From contig CM022674.1 in NCBI GenBank assembly GCA_012295275.1, forward strand, positions 1,302,001 through 1,366,000: DNA of 64,000 bases. The letters are read 5' to 3'. This document shows positions 46,821 through 61,148 of the stretch, one piece after another. The notes beneath the pieces are model-generated. The model saw only the letters and a program-made list of their open reading frames with translations. It ran no database searches and was not told the DNA's origin. Numbering within the stretch: position 1 is the stretch's first letter; each line of letters opens with the position of its first letter. The translations under genes and the position numbers were made by a program. The stretch comes from Chrysomallon squamiferum. Taxonomy: Eukaryota; Animalia; Mollusca.

Positions 46821-47882
46821 CTGTTCACATAAAGATGAATTGAAACTTAATCACAGATTATAGCACATTATGTATTAAATGGGCAAAAATGCACAAAGGC
46901 ACACACAAATAAATCAAACCCATTTGCTTACAGATCCACCAACAGACGAGCAACAGATTATCTTCTGTATTACTTCACTTTGTATTCAGCGAAGCTGTTT
47001 TTATTTTTGTTTTATCTGCGATTTCTTTAGAGCACAATGAGTTATTTGATATGTGTTCGGGAAATAAAGTCGACATATTTAACACATAATTTACGTCTGA
47101 AATCTATAGGAAAATTTGAAGAAAAAAAAAAAAAAAGTCACAGCAAAAAAAAAAAAATAATAATAATAATATATCGGTTTTCCTTCTTTTTTTTTTTTCT
47201 AATATAAAAGTACATTCATTTGTGATCTTATATTTATCCACAGGCTATCTGTATTAGAAATAATTATATGTTGTTTTGTTTTTTTAAATATATATATATA
47301 TAATAATAATAATAATAAAACATATATATAATAATATTAAAAATAAAACATATATATAATAATAATAAAAACAAAACATATATATAATAATATTAAAAAT
47401 AAAACATATATAAAAATAATAAAAACAAAACATATATTATTTATGATCAAAAAGCTATCTGTTTTTTCCACACACCTGATTACACATAATCACAGTATCC
47501 TTTGACAAAATTCGGACTGATTAATATCAACATTAATGAGCATTAATTACAAAGTGTTTGAGAACTATTTGCTGTCTCTGTTAAATTCTGTCACTGTAAA
47601 TTGTTCGCACTCAGGTGCTCTGGTTCATAATCTGTCAATTATTCTAGACTGAACAAATTCTCTGTAACAAAAAAAGAAAAAAAAAGAGAAAATTTCTAAT
47701 TTCAAGCAAAACAAAACAAAAATGCAGCTAGGTCATCAGAATGCTGTCATCGCTGATGTCCATCAGCTTTTTACCACAGCAAGGAGACGACAAAACAATC
47801 AGAATTTGTCAAAAGGATTAGAATGCAAGAGAATCTCTCTTCATAACTGTCAACTATCTGTTGCTTGCTTGCTTGCTTGCTT

Positions 47883-47935
<53 letters not shown>

Positions 47936-48054
47936 TTTTTCTTCTCCTTTTCTAATTCTTGATACCTCTTTTTGGATTCTCTACATCTGTCTGCAATTCT
48001 AATGTTATATCTTTTTCTGTTTTCTGTCATTCTATATCAGTGTTTCTTTCTCTC

Positions 48055-48232
48055 TTTCTTTCTTTTTCTATTTATCTCTCACTCTTTCACAACCTGTTCT
48101 CTCATTCTTTCTTTTTCCATTTATCTCTCACTTTCACAACCTGTTCTCTCATTCTTTCTTTTTCTATTTATCTCTCACTTTCACAACCTGTTCTCTCATT
48201 CTTTCTTTTTCTATTTATCTCTCACTTTTCTT
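48055..48232. repeat. ~47 bp pyrimidine-rich tandem repeat, ~3.5 copies
   Basis: ttctttctttttctatttatctctcactttcacaacctgttctctca repeated. Confidence 0.9.
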
Positions 48233-48572
48233 TCTTTTTCTCACATTCTCTTTATCATGCTTTTTCTTTCTTTCTTCCAGAAAAAAAAGAAATAACCAAA
48301 AACAACACAAGAAAACAAAATGTAAAGAGAGAGATTACTGATTTAAATTTATATGTAAAAATGTTTAAAATTATAAATTTAATAATACTATCATTTCCTT
48401 AATTAGTCTATTTTTAAACTGTATTTCCTGATATTAACAGAAATTAAATTTTAACTATAAACCATTACTACACTAATCCTACCCTTATTAATAGCCACAT
48501 CAAACACTGAGCCTTAAGCAAATGTGGAATGTCCCTATCTTCTTCTTTTTTAAAATTTAAATTAAAAATTAG

Positions 48573-48603
<31 letters not shown>

Positions 48604-49671
48604 CTTCCTATAAATAATGTACTTTTGTTTGAATGGATGAACTTTAAAAAAAAAAATATTTAAAAATTTAAAAAAATAATAATAATAATAAAATTAAAAA
48701 AACAATGAAAGAACTCTAAAAAAAAACAATAAATAAAAAATAAAAAAGTCTGATTTACAGTCATTTTCTTCCACAGAGTAATTACTTGACCTTAATTACA
48801 TATTATTTCCATAATACTGTCAACAGAGTGCCCAGAATAATTATACTATGCACCATACTTCCTGAGTTAAAAAAAACTGATATCAATTATAATTACATGC
48901 TTCAATTTAAAGGTAAAGTGGACAAAGTATCAAATTAAAACATATTGTTGAGGCAAAGATTACAGTCATCATTTTCACAAAGTGGGTTCTAGGTTGGGAT
49001 AGCATATATCAGTGAATTTTGGACTGGGAGACTATTTCAGAAGTTCTTTGCTAGGAGAGGTTTCCCAAGTGATTTTTGACTGGGAGTGTGTTCTAGAATG
49101 GGAAAATACTTTACAGGATTCTAGGATACTTTGCAGATAAATTCAGAGGTTGAAGCCTGAGAAGGCACAGCAGTGAATTTATGTTGGAAAGCTGTGGGTT
49201 ACTGTTGGCAGTATCTTATAAAATAAAGAAAGAAAGAAAGAAAGAAAAAGAAAATAATAAAACAAACAAACAAACAAATTTATGAATAAATAAAGAAAGA
49301 AAGAAATAATCAAATTTATCTGAAATATGTAAAAATCAGAGAAACTATGACAAGTGACAGATTTTTTTTTTAATGTTAAAATTTTAAAATTATGATGATT
49401 CCAGAAATTCCTGAAATATATACATTGATCTATCACCTTTCATTGAAATAGTGATTTTCATTAATTTGTTGTTTTTTTTTACTAATTTACTTTTTTCTTC
49501 CTTTTTCGTGCAAATTTAATGGATCCTATTTTATACTGAAAACCAATACAGCTGTACCAGAAGTTAAATTATTTTAACCGTAGATTTAATTGGCTGAAGT
49601 TAATTAGTACATTGATGAATTAAGAAACTGTACGTCCCAGATGAAGTTAAATACAGTATATAGTTATCAGG

Positions 49672-49845
49672 TGATGATGATGATGATGATAACAACAACA
49701 ACAACAACAACAATAATAACAATAATAATAATAACAATAATAATAATAATATCAATAATAATAATAATAACAACAATAATAATACTAATAACAACAACAA
49801 CAATAATAATAATAATAATAATAACAACAACAACAATAATAATAA
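49672..49845. repeat. (GAT)/(AAC)/(AAT) compound trinucleotide microsatellite
   Basis: Direct inspection; produces the poly-L and poly-I/T pseudo-ORFs. Confidence 0.93.
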
Positions 49846-50366
49846 ACAGTCAAAAGCATAGAACATGTTAAATGAGGGATAAAAAAAAAAATGTAACACA
49901 TCATGTTAAATCAACAGAATTCAAAATGTTTTAGCTTCTTTTATTTATCTTTTTATTATTATTACTATTATTATCATCATTATTGGTTTATTCATTTGTT
50001 TTCTACGACCAGTCAACTACACAATCTAACCAGAACAATGCATACCTGTGAATAATGTCAAACATCAATTTAGATAATTATTACGTGTGGTTTTTTTCCT
50101 TTTAACTCCCCCTTTTCTATTTTGTTTTTAACGCTTCAACAATCACAGCTCAGGTTCTCTTCTTAAACGGTATTTAACAAATTAACAGATGTGCAGGACA
50201 TTAATGAATTTGACACGACAGAAACGTGTTAAAAACTGTGAGCAAAACCCAGTGAAGCGGAATCTAAATAATATATACAATTACTAATAAAATAAATTGG
50301 TTTAATCTGCAACACTCTGGGATTAATCTGTTAAATTAGCAGTAATTAATTCGGTGGGTCATTAAT

Positions 50367-50379
50367 GTTGCTTAGCAAC
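50367..50379. promoter_or_regulatory. RFX X-box (1-nt spacer palindrome)
   Basis: GTTGCT-T-AGCAAC. Confidence 0.5.
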
Positions 50380-51447
50380 AGAACTAATATAATAACCCAC
50401 AGCAGTGATAAACAAAGGTTGACTTGATTATTAATGTGTCAAATAAAAGTGAGATTTTTTTTTTTTTTTTTTTTTTTCTTTTTCCCCGTTTTTTTTTTTA
50501 TATTTCCAAATGTACTTAAATATACAGACAGGGCTATTTGTAATAAATGTGATCTAATATAATTTATATAACCACCAGGAAATACATTAAGCAGATTATA
50601 TTATCATTTATTATTTTTGTAATTTATATTCGTATCATTTTTATAATTTAATATTTTATATCTAATTTCCTTCTTTCAGTAAAAAAAAACATTAAATAAA
50701 TAATTATTAAAATATAGTTATGCTATATATAGAAAATTTTATTTCTGATCTAAATAAATTTTAAAAGTAGAGAATCAGACAAATTTCTTGAATAATAGTA
50801 ATAATAATAATGATATTTAATCGATTATAGTAATTAATAAATGTAGTTAAAACGACGTAAGTTTCAAATAACCCAAAACAGATTTTTACACACTTTTCAA
50901 AATATAAATTTATTACATTTTATTAAATTAAACTGGCTGAAATAAACAAACAAACAAATTACTTAAAGACAGTTACTTGGAAACCGTTGGTCATTATACA
51001 CAAGATACTTGCTTTATACAAAGTGGTTGCTATAAGCAAGACTGGCGCAGTATTCAAATTAAGCAAATATAAAGGCAGATTGTATTATTTATAACTAAAA
51101 TGCATTATTATTATCATTATTACCATTTAGTGAACCATGTACCTTCAGAACCCAATATCCTCACATTTATAAACATTAAAAAAAAATCTTTATAACCCAT
51201 ACAACAAGATAGATATTCTCAAGAATGTTATATATTGATCTATACAAATCTAACCCCGACTGCAGAATCAGAGAGGTAACTATAACAGAAGACGTGTACA
51301 TATTTACACAAACAAATGTCCCATTTTGACTTTCTTATCATTAAAAAGAAACAGAAGAAGAAAAGAAATTTAGGTGTGCCTATTCAATAATTTCCATAGC
51401 AACTAAGTTATGTCATTATATCCATAATATATATGTGTGTGTGCACA

Positions 51448-51491
<44 letters not shown>

Positions 51492-51697
51492 GACACACAC
51501 ACACACACACACACACATAAAGACTTCACCAACCAAGGTAAATATTTGCAAAAAACTATATATATATAAATTAATTATTTTTTTTTTACCTGATTATTAT
51601 TGGCAAACAGCCTGGCCCTGCTCTCACACACACGACAACAAACGTCTTTGAGACTGTGTTCAGCGTCTGCCAGGTATCCCAACCTGGAAATTGGGTG

Positions 51698-51711
51698 GTT
51701 GCCATGGCAAC
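51698..51711. promoter_or_regulatory. Perfect palindromic RFX X-box
   Basis: GTTGCCATGGCAAC inside a locally GC-richer non-repetitive island. Confidence 0.7.
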
Positions 51712-54700
51712 TACAACAATGTACCAGGTTGGGAGTGCATAAATAATTCTGTGTGTTGCTATAACAGCTACAAGTCAAATGCTAAGTAAATGGGAAAAAA
51801 TTAACCCCGAGATCAATGAGACTTGCACAGAACTTGTGCAATGCCTGTTTGGTTGCGTACAAAGCACCAATTGTCAAAATAAGAGAAATATGAAAACAAA
51901 AACAAAACAAAAAACCCTGACTAAATAGGAGAAAGAAGAAAAAAAAAATAAAATAAAATCATAAAGATTTATTTATTCTATTGAACATAACTGTACTGTT
52001 GATTAGTCTTCACTGAAGAAAATGATTATTTTTGCTAACACAAATACACAAGAAAAGAAATTATTCAGTAAAACCATTTTCTTGTGTGCTCTGCAAAACA
52101 TAAATATTCACATTTAATAAAAAAAATAAAAAAAGGAAATTTCGTGTATTACGATAATTCAATTAAATGTAACTGGTTTTTATTTCACGTAACAAATCGA
52201 TGTTATTTTTTTAACATTTATATGTAAAGTATTAATTTAACAATACATTTCAATTTACACACAGCAATATTGTGTTTGGGGTTTGTTAACATTAGAGTTT
52301 ACAATTTCTTTTATTTATTTATTTTTGTGAGGATTTAGTTTGTGCTGTTTTATTTACATGTTACTTTGATGGGGGTATTTACTATTCATATTCTTTTTTT
52401 TTTTAATTTAAATATAAAAAAATTATATCTAACGCTATCTACTTCATTTGTTTCTTGTTGTTTTGGGGGAGGGGATCTGCATTTTTTGTAGTTGTTGTTT
52501 TTTGGTGGGTTAACAGTTCTGAGAAAGTAAAAGAGAAGATCACTGCTGTATATTAATTACAGAACAAATGTTTCAGCTAATTAACACTTTCAGACATTAC
52601 ATCACTAGATTACATGTAATTAATTCTAAACCAAACATTTACCTCTATACAACATTTCTTTTTTTTAATTTTTATTTTAGCATTTGATAATTATTATGCA
52701 GTTCCAGAACTGATAATATTCCAGTGTGCTCATTTAAACTTCACTGCATCCATAAAACAAACAACTTGGTTTTAAAAAAAAATTCAAAATCCTCTTATGT
52801 TTTTTTTTTTTTGACATACCAAAACCGTACAAGACTGAGTCTTAGAAAAAAAAAGAAGAAAAAAAACAACAAAAACTCTGTATGATTTATATGAACTCAT
52901 TAGTTTTAATGAAACTGATTTATTATTTTGTAATTGTTACTAAATAAATATAGGAATAATATTTAATTATATTTTGTGTTTTTATTTTAATGTGGGTTTT
53001 AAGGTCAGTTAGAACACTTTTTCAGTGAAATATATTTTTATTAGACAACTTACTGGTCGTCATACAACAAAAATAATTAGTTAACAACAACAAAAAAATT
53101 ATATTCATTTAGATTACTGAAAAATAATTTTATTTGTGGAAGCTCATTTGGAATGGGAAACATCTTATTTAAATAAATAATTAATGAAATAGCCAAAAAA
53201 TCTTTTATATTCAGAAAAAAAAAAGGAACAAAATAAAAACATTTAAAAAAACAACAACCAAAAAAAGACCATTTGTACAGACTCATATTAATAAATTAAT
53301 TGCTGAAACTTAAAATAGTACAAAAAGTTTAAAAATAAAAATAAAAAGACAATTTTTTTAACTGAGTAAGAAAAAAAGATCTTTTCAGACTAAAACACAA
53401 TAAATAAACTTCTCCTAACTTCTTTTTACAAAACTGAAATACAATCATGTAGTTTCTTCTAATTTCAAAGTAAAGAAGACAGTAATAAATTTTTTAAAAA
53501 AGAAAAAAATGAAATGTTTTTTTAAAAAAAAAGTCATTTCTTAAATTTCATGACATATGATCAAAATAAAATATATGACTTAATACATTTCCAGTGGTAA
53601 TGTGTACATATTAACAGCATAAATATAGTTTATTTCGGGTTTATATCGAACAGTTTCTCAAAATCGAACAATCATGTTTTAACTAACAACAACACATTAA
53701 AGTATTAATCTTTGATGCAGTGAAGGCCAACAATGTTTGACTTCTGCACTATAAGTAAGTACATTTTGGTTTTCTGATCATGTATGCACCAGTGAATTCA
53801 CATTAACATCTGAACATTAACAAAACTTACAACTCACTGCTTAAGTGTTGGGAGTTATAGTCACACACACATTTGTTTTGAAATTTTTGCCAAATCATCA
53901 AAATATTAATTAAAACTGGCAAAGGTTATCTGCATTAACCTATAGCCATACCATGATAAAATATGATTATATTATGTAAACAGTTTCGAGCTATTTGGTT
54001 ATCTGTGGTTAAATAATTAACGAAATGGTAAAATCTGGCTATCTGGCTACGTGAGAGTTATATATTAAAATGTCATCTCAGTCTATAATATTTAAGATTT
54101 TTTCATATATTTAAAATTATTAAATGTCATATCAGTCTATTTTTTTTTTAATAACTTTTAAAGATTTTAAAACAGAATTTTATGTTTAAAAAATACTATG
54201 AAATTCATTTTTACACAAATTATTTATCTTTCACTTTTTCCCCTCTTTTTTTTTATCACATTTGTTCAGTCTACAATTATTATTATTATTATTATAATTC
54301 TTATTGCAGAAATTTTTCAATCATTTATAGGCTTTTTACCTTTTCTCTCTCTACTTACAATGGCCTTTTATTATCTGACTTTTGATATATTAGGATATTC
54401 CTTAACAGAACAGCTTTCATAAATTACACGAAATTTTATTACTCAATACAAGCCTTGATAGGCATTTAAAAAAAAAAAAAAAAAAAAAAGAAGCAAAAAA
54501 AAAGAAGCAATAAATACTGACAACATTTTTATTCAAGTTATTTACTCATAATTTTTGTATATCACACTGTACTGCAGTATCAATGCACCAGTCAAGCTGA
54601 TTATGTATCAGTATTGTTAAGTCTCCACTGGCAACACCTGAAGATATAAACTGGGAACTTTTGTAAATCATGAATACTTAAGTTTAGTCATTAAACGCAC

Positions 54701-54992
54701 ACAGGTTTCGGCCTAAATGTGCTTAAAAGCACCTCACCCCCCCCCCTCACCACCAGTGTTGCTGCGACACCAAACCAAACCGCTGAACAGTCCTGGTACC
54801 TTGCCAACAAAAAGGCATGATAGATTAATTCGGAAACAAAAGGTCGCAAAGTTTCCATGACAATTCGACTGACAAACCCAAAACAACATTCAAGGTTCAA
54901 TTCCTGTGAAAGACGAAATTATTGAGCCGACTCTACAAACAATGCACAAGTCTGCACGTGTCCCAGCTTGTATTTGGGGATAATGGTGGACT

Positions 54993-55006
54993 GTTTCCAT
55001 GGCAAC
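54993..55006. promoter_or_regulatory. RFX X-box
   Basis: GTTTCCATGGCAAC, with related sites at 54851 (GTTTCCATGACAAT), 54758 (GTTGCTGCGACAC) and 54621 (GTCTCCACTGGCAAC). Confidence 0.68.
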
Positions 55007-55349
55007 GAAAATAACTCAACATGCAATGCCTCTTAATCAATGGCTGTAGAATGAATCTTTTATGGGGTTTTAACGTGGAAACTGAGTCAATAAGAGTGTG
55101 CTCAAAGGACAACCTTCGCAGTTTTCTTTGCCGGACAGGCAAATGCTGCATTATGGTGGTGCAAAAACCAATAAACTTGTATACTCTTTATACATGGGAC
55201 GTATCAGCAGATGAGGATGAAAAAAAAAAAATAGATTGGTAATTAACGGGTTGTTCGCTGGCTGCAAAGAACTAATGTCCAGATACTTTAAAATAGTTAT
55301 TCTCTGACCTAGTATTAATGACCAATACTAAATTAGTGGCATATTAATA

Positions 55350-55385
<36 letters not shown>

Positions 55386-55445
55386 TATTATTATTATTTT
55401 TTTTTTTTTTTTTTTATTATTATAATGGTTATGATTATGATGATG

Positions 55446-55499
<54 letters not shown>

Positions 55500-56244
55500 T
55501 AGTAGTGGTAGTAATAGTAGCAGTAATTATATATTAATTCCAAAACAACATAATTTACAATAAATTTTGAAAAGTAGCTTCTCTTCCTTCTCAGATACAA
55601 ATATATGACTAAATAGGGAAATAAAAGAAGAAAAACAGTAATAAATATCAAATTTATGATATCATTTTATTTTTTTTTTTTGGGAGAAGGAAATCAAAAA
55701 GAAAGAAATTAACCTGTAATCTTAGGTACGTAAACATTAGCCATTAATTACTTCTGTTATTAAAAAGGAAAAAGAAAATATATAAATATATATATATATA
55801 TATATAATGATAATTTTAAATTAAATAATGAAACAAACCAGTACTAAAAAAAAAATTTAAATTGAAAATATAAGGTTTTCTTAGTTTCTTCAACAGTTAA
55901 AAACAAAAACACATTTTTAAAATTAGTTTCAATATTTTTCAATTCATGTGACACTATTAAATACTAACTTTAATTTCAGTTTTAGTTGCTGTTTAGTCAA
56001 ATACTTGTTTCTGTATTCTACCTTTCTTCATATAAAAGGAAAAAAACATTATGAATGGCATCTAAATATATTTTGATACTAACAACTGTTAGAATGATAG
56101 AGGGCCTATCATTTCATTATAATAAAAGAAACCTATCATCTTCACTAGAATCTCACAAAATATGTGATGAGGTTATGAGTAATTTTTAACATAATAACAT
56201 CACAAATTTCAGTGTCAGCCAGTCAGAACATTTGTTTAGTAACA

Positions 56245-56550
56245 GATCAATTACCTTTAACTAACCAACTAACCAACTCACAAAACCTTAGATAAATCAC
56301 TTTTCACTAACTTACTAACAGTCATGGTCCAGTTATCTTTCACTAACTAGCTAACACAATTTTAGAACAATTACCTTTTACTAACCAACTAACACAACCT
56401 TAGAACAATTACCTTTCACTAACCTACTAACACAACCATGGTCAAGTTATCTTTCACTAACCTACTAACACAGTCTTAGAACAATTACCTTGAACTAACC
56501 CACTAACACAACTGTAGATCAATTATTTTTCAGTAACCAACTAACTTAAC
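56245..56550. repeat. ~39 bp degenerate tandem repeat, ~8 copies
   Basis: aattacctttcactaacctactaacacaaccttagaac-like unit. Confidence 0.85.
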
Positions 56551-57170
56551 AATGAACCAATATTTAGCTATAATTTTTTTCTTTTTTTAAATTTACTTTT
56601 TTTATATTATTAATATATATACTTCTTTGTTGTTGTTGTTGTTTTTTTTTAATGTAAGGTAACAAAGTAAATCTCTGTATAATAATGACAAAAACAACAT
56701 CTTGTAAATGAATAGAACTGCTCTTTAATATACGTATTTCCATTTCCACATAAGAATACCAGAGTTATTCACTGAAAATGTACCGAAATGGGAAATGAAC
56801 TTTATATGGTCTTTACTGTTCAGCTAACACAATAAATATCGAATCCCTAATTATTTTCATTTCACAACAAGGTCTACTTTTATCATAAGATACAAGTCCA
56901 GTTATGCTTATTAGAATTACATTTACCATAAAACATATAAGCAGTTTATGTAATTATTTTGTAAAATTGAGCATTTTAAATGAGTTTCATGATCACTAAA
57001 TCATTATGCTGTTGTTATCGTTTAATTATTTAAATTGTTTGTAAGTTAATCTTTGTGTCCAAGTTAATTAATTACAAAGACTAAAGTTTCTGATAAACAG
57101 AACAGGCACATTTCAACTGTTTCTGTCCTATTGTTTACTGGCAAATCAATAATATATGCAGGTATGGGTG

Positions 57171-57221
<51 letters not shown>

Positions 57222-57797
57222 ATGCGTGCATGTGCGTGCACATAATACTAATTCAGTCTGCACATAGAAATTATTTTATTTTTAAAAAAAAAAAAAAAAT
57301 GTCTTATATGTCTCTGAGTGTGTCTGTTGTGTGTGGCTGTTGTTGGTTTTTTTTTTTTTTATATATATATGACTGACTATAAAGCTGACAGCTCACATGA
57401 CATATTTTAATTACCCAGAAAATTAGATTTAAAATTTTTATAATTATTATTATAGCTTTTTTTTTTTTTTAATCAGCAAAAAATAAACAATACAAATTTT
57501 AATACTTCAAAACATACTGCATAAAAATAAATTTAATGATGTGCTGTCTTTTTACATTTTAATTCATTAAATTAGAGATAAAAAAAACTCTTACCTTCAT
57601 TCCTTAACTTTCATTTTAATTGCACTGCAGCAACACACAATTAAAATAATAACCAAAAATATTTTGGTGGTATGAATTACAAAGTATCTATGCAGTTGTT
57701 TGCGAAATTATTTATTTCCATTCACCGTACGTCAACAATTTAAAATAAACTGCCAAGTATGTTTCTAAGCATTAGAACATAACAAACGTTCACACCT

Positions 57798-57811
57798 GTT
57801 GTCTTGGTTAC
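57798..57811. promoter_or_regulatory. RFX X-box-like site
   Basis: GTTGTCTTGGTTAC (reverse complement GTAACCAAGACAAC) in a CpG-containing stretch upstream of LRRC23. Confidence 0.5.
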
Positions 57812-58397
57812 GGCAGCTTTACTTCTGCCTGAACAAGAACATAAAATTTAAGAGTCATATATCATTAATAATAAGATACGAAGCAACATAATATCGTAAA
57901 ACACTAAGAAATGTTTAATATGCTGTAATCCATACCAACGCCCCTTGTCGCTCTTTGGACTGTATACCATTGATAAACGTTACTCTGTTTCTGGCTGAAA
58001 AGCATAGAAATGTCCCAAAAACGATCGTAGTAAACGATGCTTGTTTTAAGTGCAATTATTAATATACACCTTAATCAAAAAATAGAAAAGCAATAAAATA
58101 TGCAAATACTAACCGTCTGTAAGGCTGTCAAATTATTATTGTGTACAAAAATTAAGCTTTTACTAAGTTTTAAAAGTTATAAGAAATTTACCTCCACTCT
58201 CCGATCATTTCGATGTGTTCTGCTAATCTCATTAAATCTCGTGAGGTTTCGTTTCTTTACGACAAATCTTGCTACATGTAAAGTAAATATAATTTATTTT
58301 TTACATTTGATAAAAAGTAAAGCATTATAATTATTTTATGTATTTAAAAAATGACATATTTTAGAAATGTTTCCACAGATCAAAAATAGAGCGTGAT

Positions 58398-58440
58398 ATT
58401 TCCATAGTAACGGGACGCCATTTTTTTTCATCTGTCAACA
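58398..58440 (+). promoter_or_regulatory. LRRC23 proximal promoter: RFX X-box-like site, YY1-like site, forkhead-like site
   Basis: ATTTCCATAGTAAC (58398-58411), CGCCATTTT (58416-58424) and GTCAACA (58434-58440), about 65-105 bp before the ATG. RFX plus FOXJ1 control of motile-cilia genes is established; occupancy here is inferred. Confidence 0.65.
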
Positions 58441-58503
58441 ATTCAACAAAAGACGTCTGCTCGAGTTCACTTTCTGTTCAGTTGAAACAAAAACTGAACT
58501 GCA

Positions 58504-58644
58504 ATGTCTGATCAAGATGAAGAATTCGAAGGGGGTGACGAACCAGAAGCTGGTAGTGATGAGGGAGATGCCGGTGAAGAAGAAGTAGAACCAGAAGCAG
58601 AAGGGGAGCAATTAGGAGAGGAAGAGCAAATTGAAGAAGAAGAG
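58504..58644 (+). CDS. LRRC23: LRRC23 exon 1 (acidic N-terminus, 47 aa)
   Basis: ATG at 58504, Glu-rich, donor GAG|gtatgg, phase 0. Confidence 0.9.
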
Positions 58645-59059
58645 GTATGGGATTTTTTCAAAAATATGTTATTTTGTTTTAGTATAGGAGAATGTGTTAA
58701 TGATAAGATTAGACAGAAACCATGTACCTTAAATACGTTTACTGTTTTTCAAGGAAAAGAATTAAGAGATAATTAATAGTTAAACTAATTCTTCAGATAT
58801 CATAATGATTATTAATTATTATTTATGGCGTTATTAACTGATATAATTAAGTGGGTGTTTTTTGGGGGGTGGGGGTTTCGCATACTCTTTATTTTATTAA
58901 TAATATATTTATATTTTGTATTAATATTAAATATCTACACACCGAAGAACTATAACGTTTGGTTTTCAAATCTTAATGTTGGCAGTGTTAATAACAAAAT
59001 AACAAAACAGTTGTTGGTCAAAGGGGTGATAACTCCGATTTCGATTGTTTGTTAACTCT

Positions 59060-59093
<34 letters not shown>

Positions 59094-59314
59094 AATTAAT
59101 TTCCAATCTTTACTTAATAGATACAAGTAAACCACAGTTGTCATAAATTCCATCCAATTTATTTATATCCATTTATTTTAAATATGGTGAACATTACAAG
59201 TTCATCTAGTTTAATTTTGTAAGATAAATGGTTTCACGTTAATTCATATAACAGATACTTGTAATCCTTTTCATTTTTGCAAAACACTACATTTTGTGTA
59301 TAATAAAAAAAAAA

Positions 59315-59347
<33 letters not shown>

Positions 59348-61080
59348 CATAATAATAATAACATAACAGGCAACAGAAAAATCATCAGTAATACCTCTTC
59401 TTTTTTGGTACATATTCATATAATTATATTTTACTTAATTGAAAGCTGAATTAGTTATTTGTTCAAATATATTATATCATTATATCATTTGTTTTATTTT
59501 AGAAATTGGCACCAAACCCATTAACTGAAGAAATGATCAGTGAATGCTTGTCTCTGCTTTGCAAAACCGGTGATGGACTGGCACATGCATATGTTAGACT
59601 CGACGTTCATGAGAGGTAACCAAATTTTACAATAAATAAATCTAGTCTTGAAGTCTCATATTTGCAATGAGGGGTATTTCTGAGGGTTACTGTAGGGTTT
59701 ACTTTATATTTTTTTATATATATTTAAAAAATATTTTCATTATTATTTATATTTTATTTGCAGTTGTTTGATTTTTTTTGATTTTTTTTCGCTATGATAT
59801 TATTTCAGTAAATAAATTTCTGATTTTAGTTTACAGCAAATAATTATTACAGAAATAAAATGATTAGTTAAATGCTATTAATTTTAAAATACAGACTAAT
59901 GTTTTTTATTTAAAACAAGGGGCTCAGTCTATAGATACTATTTGCACCCTTTGATTTCAACATTTTTATAAATACAACAATTTAAATTAAAAATGTTAAT
60001 AAATCTTTGAAAACCAATATTCAACAAATGTCGATGAAGATATTTACATGCTGTTTCTGCCTGTTGGTATCTTTTCCATTACAACGGTCTTCCTTGGCTT
60101 TAAAAATAATACACTTTACACAGCTGTCATACCCATCTTTCTGAAATTCTCTCTCATTTCCAGTACCATATGCATTTGAATTTCACTTTATAAACATTAT
60201 TACTGTTAATTTTCAGAATATTAAAATTTTCTCCCAGTGCATCCATTTAGTCATCTGAAATATTTCATTTGTTCATCTATCCATCCATCATTAATACACT
60301 TTATTGCAGACTTTTTTCCATCATACATCTTTATTCTTTCTTTTTTTTATCTTCTTTTTGTTATTGTTCACTTTCAGGGAAATAACAGATATTTCCATAC
60401 TCAGTTCTTTCATTCACTTACGGTACATAGACGTCAGCAAGAACAGCCTCAAAGACATTTCTCCACTTAGCAACCTCACTCACATGCTCACCCTGAAGGC
60501 AGATGAAAACCTTCTAACTAGTGCAAAGCTGGATGAGATGCCGTTCTTGCAGACAGCCTCATTTAATCACAATCATATCAATTCCACAGAAGGCATTAAC
60601 CATCCCTGCTTAGAATCATTAAGTTTAAACTGTAAGTGTAAAAACTTACTGGTTATGTTTCTGGTGCTTGTATTGGCTAAGTCTGATATGTATGCATATA
60701 CTGAAGTATGAGTGGTTGACATTGTGAATAATTTGAATTTGAATTAAAAAATTCAAAGACTCTTAATTTTTTCAATGCCATAATTGTAATGTAATTTGTT
60801 TTAGTATTTAGAGTAAGTAATTCTATTGGTGTAACACTTCTAAGTTATAAATTTAAAATATGAGTGTGCTTACATATATATGCTGAAAATATAGATATGT
60901 GTTTAAATATAATTTTTATTATTATAGATCACATATGCTCATATGTGTGTGTGTGTGTGTTATGCCTTTTACATATGTAAATTTATAATGTGTGTGTGTC
61001 TGTTGTAAAGTAAAAGAAATGCTATGAAGAAGATATATATCTTTTTCCAGTCGTTGTTGACTTTAGAATATTTTGTGTTC

Positions 61081-61148
<68 letters not shown>

